NCBI GenBank assembly: GCA_027604505.1
Contig: JADIIX010000071.1
Span: 1-64,000 of the forward strand
Source: Gonapodya sp. JEL0774
Taxonomy: Eukaryota
Direction: 5' to 3'
DNA: 64,000 nucleotides
Part shown: positions 58,145-64,000 of the stretch, one piece after another
Layout: each line of letters starts with the position of its first letter
Numbering within the stretch: the first letter of the stretch is position 1
The notes under the pieces: model-generated
What the model was told of the DNA's origin: nothing
Seen by the model: the letters and a program-made list of their open reading frames with translations, nothing else
Database searches by the model: none
Translations under genes and position numbers: made by a program

Positions 58145-60322
58145 TCAGCGTTTTATTCTCCTCCTATTATCGCTGATCCATGTGGACAAAGCTTTTTCTT
58201 TATCCCCTCCGGCCATTTGAACATACTCTTCCACTTCCGAGCGGAGACATGGATCGTCCGACGGATACGTCAGGGAATCCAGTACCCATGTTATTGCTGC
58301 GTCCAGGGTTTCCAGACTGACGTCACGCGCGACTTTCATGGGTTTCATTGAATTCACGAGCGCTGGCGTGGCATGATCAATGACGTGCGGCTTGCTGGAC
58401 GATAGGGATACCTTGCCGCCGAAGAAAGCCGACAAGCGAGAAGTTGCGCGCGAAGCGGTGGTCGCTTGGCCTCCTTGCGCACTGGATGTAACGAGTTCAT
58501 CATACGGACTTTCACACAATACAGTGTGCGATGAAATCATTCGAGCTCTCGGCGGCAGTGGAATTTGTTCATTGGATGTTGTCGAGCGCCGGGCCCTCCC
58601 GAGCTGCCTCTCGTCGCGTGAGGAAGGTGCTTGCTCGATGGGAAGGCAATCCGACGAGCTAACAATCGAGGAGCTCGCACGATTGTGCATGGTGGATTGC
58701 CTGACACTGGAAGATCGCACGATGTTCCCTATTGATAATGCACCGCGGTTGTGTGGGTGAAGAAACAAAGACGGTTCGCAATGTCTCTTCAGCCACTAAC
58801 CACCTGTTTCTCCGATCCTGGCATCTTGCATACTCCTCGTCCATCGATTGAGGTTCGTGTCGCGGTCTTTCAATCTTGCCAGTATGTCTAGGTGCGTTCC
58901 AGAAACGTTGTCACATCCATCATATGCAATCATTCACTGTAACTGACCTGTATCGGTACTCCCAGAAAACTTTCTCATCTCCTCTTCTACTTCGTTTTCT
59001 GCGACCGACTTCCCAACATTAACTCGAAATGCCCTCTTCAGCACACCCATCATAGAGCCATCACTTCCCGCGAAGCCCCCCTTTCTACCGTCGTCCACCC
59101 ACGAGTCTCTTCTATTCCACGGTCCTCCTCCACTCAGAGTATCTGCCGATCCTCCTGCCGAGGAATGAGCCATCGATCCACGGCTATTCGCCCGAGTGTT
59201 GGCGTCCAGGAGGTCCCCGGTGGAGTGAGCTGGCGTCGGCTTTGGTGTTGGCGCTTTGCTCGGAGGTTTTTTGAGGATTCCTTTTGTAGGGATAGGTGAA
59301 GGAGTGGTGGCATTAGAGCGCATCAGCGGGGTCGAGGGAAGCTTGTCACTGGATACACTGGATTCCGCACGAGGATATGGCGGTGTACGGTTGTCATCTC
59401 CGTATTGGATAGACGCGGGATCGGGTTCGTGAGTCAAATCATAAAGATCCTTCGATTGAAGATTAATTTCTATGTCCGGAGACACTGATGGGGTACGGTT
59501 GCGGGTGGCGCGACGAGTTGGGAGACTTGGGGGACCTAGTGTGACTGGAAACGAGTTTTCGGAATCGCAAAGAGGGGATCCAACAGGCTGCTCGCTGGTA
59601 TCGTCTTCTTCCAAAATAGTTTCGATATCTTTCGCTGGCGCATGCGCAGCGCGAGTCCTTCGTTGCCCGCGACTGCTTGTATAGCGATCCACCTGGGGCG
59701 CAACACTTGGTACCTCTGACACCCCGATTGAAGGCAAGGGCGAGGGCATATCTCGAGCGGCAGAGCTAGAAAGTTCGAACGTGCTGCTGTCGCCTGACTT
59801 TGAGGAGCGACGGGAACGCAGTGAAGCAGGTGGAAGCTTCATTTCCGGAAAGGATGCAGCTGGTTGGGGAGCGGAATCTTTTGCGGGCATGATGACTTTT
59901 ATACGCGCCTTGGGCGCCATTGAAGATGTTGTGTGCGATCTGGTTAATGGAGGAAAGACCGGGACAGAGTTCGGGGTTTGATTTTGAATGGTGGTGCATT
60001 GTTGCATTAGGACTTCCTTTGATTTCGTTGATGAGAACCCGGACTCATCAAGAGGCAGGCATTTGAGAAGTTTGCTGACATCTTCGACAGAAAATTGCTT
60101 GCTATCGTTCTCTTGGGCTTTGGCTTCTAGACAGATGGTCAGGTCGGTTGTGGGGGGTTCCACGAGGGAAATCATGGAGTTGGCCAACGTGGTTCCTCCA
60201 GCAGATTGCATGATAGAAAGAGATTCTGAAGAAAAAGATTTCAGTGCCGAGGCAAGAAAGTCTGTGAGGATGGGTGTGAGTCGACGGGGGTGTTTGAGGA
60301 GGTATGGTAAATGACACAACAT
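58145..60322 (-). CDS. Hypothetical S/P/T-rich, largely disordered protein (multi-exon)
   Basis: 462-codon and 207-codon ORFs joined by plausible GT-AG introns via a short exon (DILARLKDRDTNLNRW). No recognisable domain; start uncertain. Confidence 0.6.
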
Positions 60323-60602
60323 TCAAGGTATGATCACCTTCTGTAGACATGTCACGTTCGTGCATGAGATCTGACTGCTGTATGGCTGCTTCGGCTGGTC
60401 GTTCGGGAGTTGGCAAAGGGCGACAACAGTCACGAAATGTGAGTGTGCTTTGACTGGCAGAGCGCGTCTCATGGACAATGGGGTACCTTTGTGATGACTT
60501 CTGTTCGTGCGAGCGAGCGAAACGCTCGCCATCGTTGCTTGAGCGTGTTCGGCTTGCGAGATGAGTGTCTGCTGATGGCCAAATGAAATGTGTAACTGAT
60601 TG

Positions 60603-63600
60603 ATGGGCTCCCGTGCAAGAATGCTTTGGTCCCGGCCCGTCATCTCCATCCGACAGTACGGTCAGAACAACGACGGTCACCCACTGATAAAATCTCAGGT
60701 TTGCATGCCCCTGCAACAAGAAAAACTCAGTGTGGACGGTGCAGCATCTTCATCGACTCAGACTGATGCAGACGAAGGTTGGGTCGACGTCGCTCAAGGA
60801 GGAAGTCTGACAACGGGGAAACTCAGAGCTGGTTCTTCGGGAGGATCGGAAACAGGAACTGCCACGAAAGATGTATCACGCTTTTTAAAGACACCAGCAA
60901 GTAGACACAATGGTTCACGGAACTCCAAGCCCGTGACAGCACCTCAACGTCAAAAACCGGCAGGGTCCCGACCGCGGCCCTCCAAGTTCTCGCTCTCAGA
61001 CTTGATTTCTGTAGCCCTAGAAGGAACTGGGAGTGAGGGCGGAAACGGGAGTGGAGGATTGTCCTCTAGTGGGGTGACTGCTGAGCAGAGAGAAAGGCTA
61101 CCATCACAGTCAACCCCATTCAACGGACAACCCTGGAAAGAAGTAACGCTCGTTGCAGGCCCCAGCTCTCCTTCTTCAAACATAGAAGCAGCAGATTTTC
61201 CGCCGCTTGGTGGAACCCCATCTCCTGCTCGACCTGTCACCTCAACCCCGCGGGCGGCCAAAGTGTCAACTCCGGTGGCGCCTGCGAAACGGAGTGTGCG
61301 CTTCACAACAGGGTTGCCATTGAATCTCCGCAGCAGTCCTTTGTCGTCGCGATTGGGTTCTTCTGGTAGAGGAAGCACAACGGCAACGGCGAGTAGTAGG
61401 CGGTCTTCGTCCACCATGTTCTCCAGTGTGACCCTGATATCTCGACGGCCCTCAGACCAATCAAGCAGGACCCACACAGCCACGTGGCGTAGTGCGTGAA
61501 AGCGCAGCTTCAAAGAAAAAGAAGGTGCTTGCTCCTGTTGTCAGCATTCGAGCCACTCAACTTTGTTTCGGGAAGTTCTCATGTCTCTCTCGTGCTACTA
61601 GCTTTCGCGAACCAAGAAAGCCGTCCTCGCACACCGCAGCCACATCAAGAATCTCTCTCGAGCACGCCGTCCAGCTTTCGACGATCCCAATGACGAGGGA
61701 AAGGGCCGTGATTCTGGACCCCCCGAGTTACCCACGGATGAGCATCACGCACATGGCGACCCGCCAGCACTGCGTTACGAGAACGATACTGATTGGCTCG
61801 ACGTTGATGCGGAACCATTTGATCCCACCTTATCTTCCGAAGAGGTTACCGACGTGGAGGCCACGATGATTGCCCAAGCCATCCAAGCTTCTTTAGAAGA
61901 CGTACCTGTGTCGCAATATCACACATGTGGGATCACATCTGCACTTCCGGTTGAGTCGCCAACACAGACCCCAGTTGATAAAGCACCGCAAGGGAGCTCC
62001 TCATTTTCGTTCGCGGAATTATTGGATGCACCGGAATTTGTTCCCAACTTTGCGACAGTGTCAATCTCGACGACGGAATGGTATTTTGATGCGGAATTGC
62101 CAATGGAAGGGACTGGTACGGCGACGGCGGATGGAGAGGGAGCGACAGAAACGCCAAAGAAGCGGAAACACAGAAGCAGAAAGAGGACGAATGGTGGTGG
62201 TGCCGGTAACGGTGTGATAAAAGAGGACATCCAACCCCAGCAGCCAGCCAAGATATTGGCCCCTGTGGATAACATCCCAACCGCTAAAACAGAGGCACAG
62301 AATGCTTCCCGTGTTTGGGACGGCACGAACTCTGTGCTGAAGACTGAATCGGCTCGTAAACCTGCATCTCTATCGGCACTCTCTACTGAGCATTCGAACG
62401 TCTGGGAAGCAGCTCCAGACAGTACACCGACCTGTACACTGCCATCAAACCCGGCTCCGAAAGACTCAAACGGAGATGCGTCGATCAGTCAGCCGTCTAA
62501 AGCTAAACGAAGACGACCCCGTCCTAAGAAGCCTGACTTGTCGGTTGGCGTTCGGTGGGCGCTTGAGAGAAACGAGGCGAGAGAGAATAAAAGTGGTCCG
62601 AAAAGGTGAGGTGTGGTTGCATTTTCTGCACGAACCCGAGGATGGAACAACTTATTTGTTGATCGATTCCATGGTAGCTATGTCACTCAACTGATAACGG
62701 AAGAGGTTGAGAGGTAAGTGGTGGAATTTCCAATGGATGTTATTTCTGAAAGCATCGTTGCTTGTTATAGTTCCATCAATGCATTTCTGGCCAAGGTTTC
62801 GCAATTTCAGCTGCGGCAAGTTCAACAGAATCCTACAAAGGTCGGTTTTTTTCTCTTGCTTGTGCCGTGCACAACAAACAAACTGGATCCACTTGTGTAG
62901 GCAAAACAAAAGCGTCGCTTTGTTGCTGGGCTTCGTGAAGTGGCGCGTCACTTGATAAGAGGTAAAATCAAAGCAGTCATTGTCGCCAAAAATGTGGAAG
63001 AAACTGGATCAGAAGGTTGGTCGTCCTCTCTGTTCAGCAACATTCTCCAACAAGATACTACCCAAGGATATCTCCAGTTGGTCCGTGTCCGCTAGTATCT
63101 CACCTTCTCGAGCTCTGTCACCTTCACGGTGTTTCCATTATCTTCGGTCTCACCCGGCGGCAACTCTGCGAAGCGTGTCGGGCAACCCGACAAGCAGGAG
63201 TATCTGTCGTAGGCGTGATGAGCATCGCCGGTGCTGAGGAAGAATACAAAACGCTGCTTTCAGTCGCTGAGGAAGCTGGTGAACTGTGGCGAAATCAGTT
63301 CACTGCCAGACAGGAAGGCGGGAGGAACAAATACAATTCGAGGGGTGAGAATCCCGTGTGGATTGCCGCATGGGAGGGATACGGTGACCCTAGAGTCTTG
63401 GACGCATGTGCGCGGAACGGTTGGAGCATGGATCAGCCTGATGACTGTTTGGCACTCACACCGCTACTTGCAGCGGCCAAGAGAGATAATATGGTCATTT
63501 TCCAAAATCTTCTGAAACGGATTCCGACCCTAGATATCACTGCAAAGTCGGGGTCCGGGGAGACCATTGCTCTAATTTTGAGCTTGACTGGTCGTACTGA

Positions 63601-64000
63601 ATGCCTGTCACAACTTCTTACATTGGCCATGGAGCTTGATCGCATACGCGGAACACCATTCACTTCGGGCGCCACAGCACTATTGCTTACTACAGCAAGC
63701 CCAATCGGTACGACACCACTTCATGCCGCAGCAAAGCTAAAGACATCGGAGTGTGTCAGGACACTTTTCACGTTCGCTGATCGATGTGGCATGCAGTTGA
63801 ATCCAGTTGGTCGAGATCGTCAAGGTGCCACCCCGATCGCCGTTGCCTGCCAAGTGGGATCTGTGGGGACAGTGAAAATTCTTCTCGAACGAGCCGAGCG
63901 GCCAGATGGATGGATGCACTCTATCTTTGTCGGTGATAACACTACAACCCCCACCATTATCGCCGCGAAAGAGGGTCATTTCGACGTTCTGCAACTGATG
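60603..64000 (+). CDS. SECISBP2: SECIS-binding protein 2 homologue (L7Ae domain) with C-terminal ankyrin repeats; runs off window
   Basis: Spliced: PRGVVRESAASKKKK|LSRTKKAVL (SID-like); SYVTQLITEEVES|SINAFLAKVSQFQLRQVQQNPTK|AKQKRRFVAGLREVARHLIRGKIKAVIVAKNVE...IIFGLTRRQL...VSVVGVMSIAGAEEEYK. Then TPLLAAA, TPLHAAA and TPIAVAC ankyrin motifs in the open frame 63078-64000. Confidence 0.87.

Noticed and set aside
61420..61500. In-frame TGA codons in SBP2 as possible Sec recoding
   Set aside because: Explained by an intron ending at CCTCAG (~61455) that shifts to the PRGVVRE frame. No convincing selenoprotein gene or SECIS element was found in the window.

Overview
Intron-rich, gene-dense eukaryotic DNA from a fungus (HOG1 MAPK, ERG25, MSC7-type ALDH). 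It keeps flagellar genes (LRRC56, MNS1, a giant ASH/Hydin-like Ig-repeat gene), so it is most likely a zoosporic, early-diverging lineage. Bases 1-~5.3 kb are a CpG-poor transposon graveyard: a Copia fragment, a decayed coiled-coil ORF, and a hAT-type element with a perfect 8-bp TSD. Two things stand out. (1) A ~9.3-kb island between MNS1 and SLP1 holds three copies of an unclassified 1.6-1.8-kb modular repeat around a 7-exon GAPDH. Its residues match the bacterial ArsJ-associated (arsenate-detoxification) GAPDH family, not eukaryotic GAPDH, and the assembly shows a +1 frameshift in exon 5. (2) At the right end is a SECIS-binding protein 2 gene (selenocysteine machinery, absent from most fungi). 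Its L7Ae domain runs in the same exon into ankyrin repeats. All gene models were spliced by eye and family calls are from motif recognition, not database searches.
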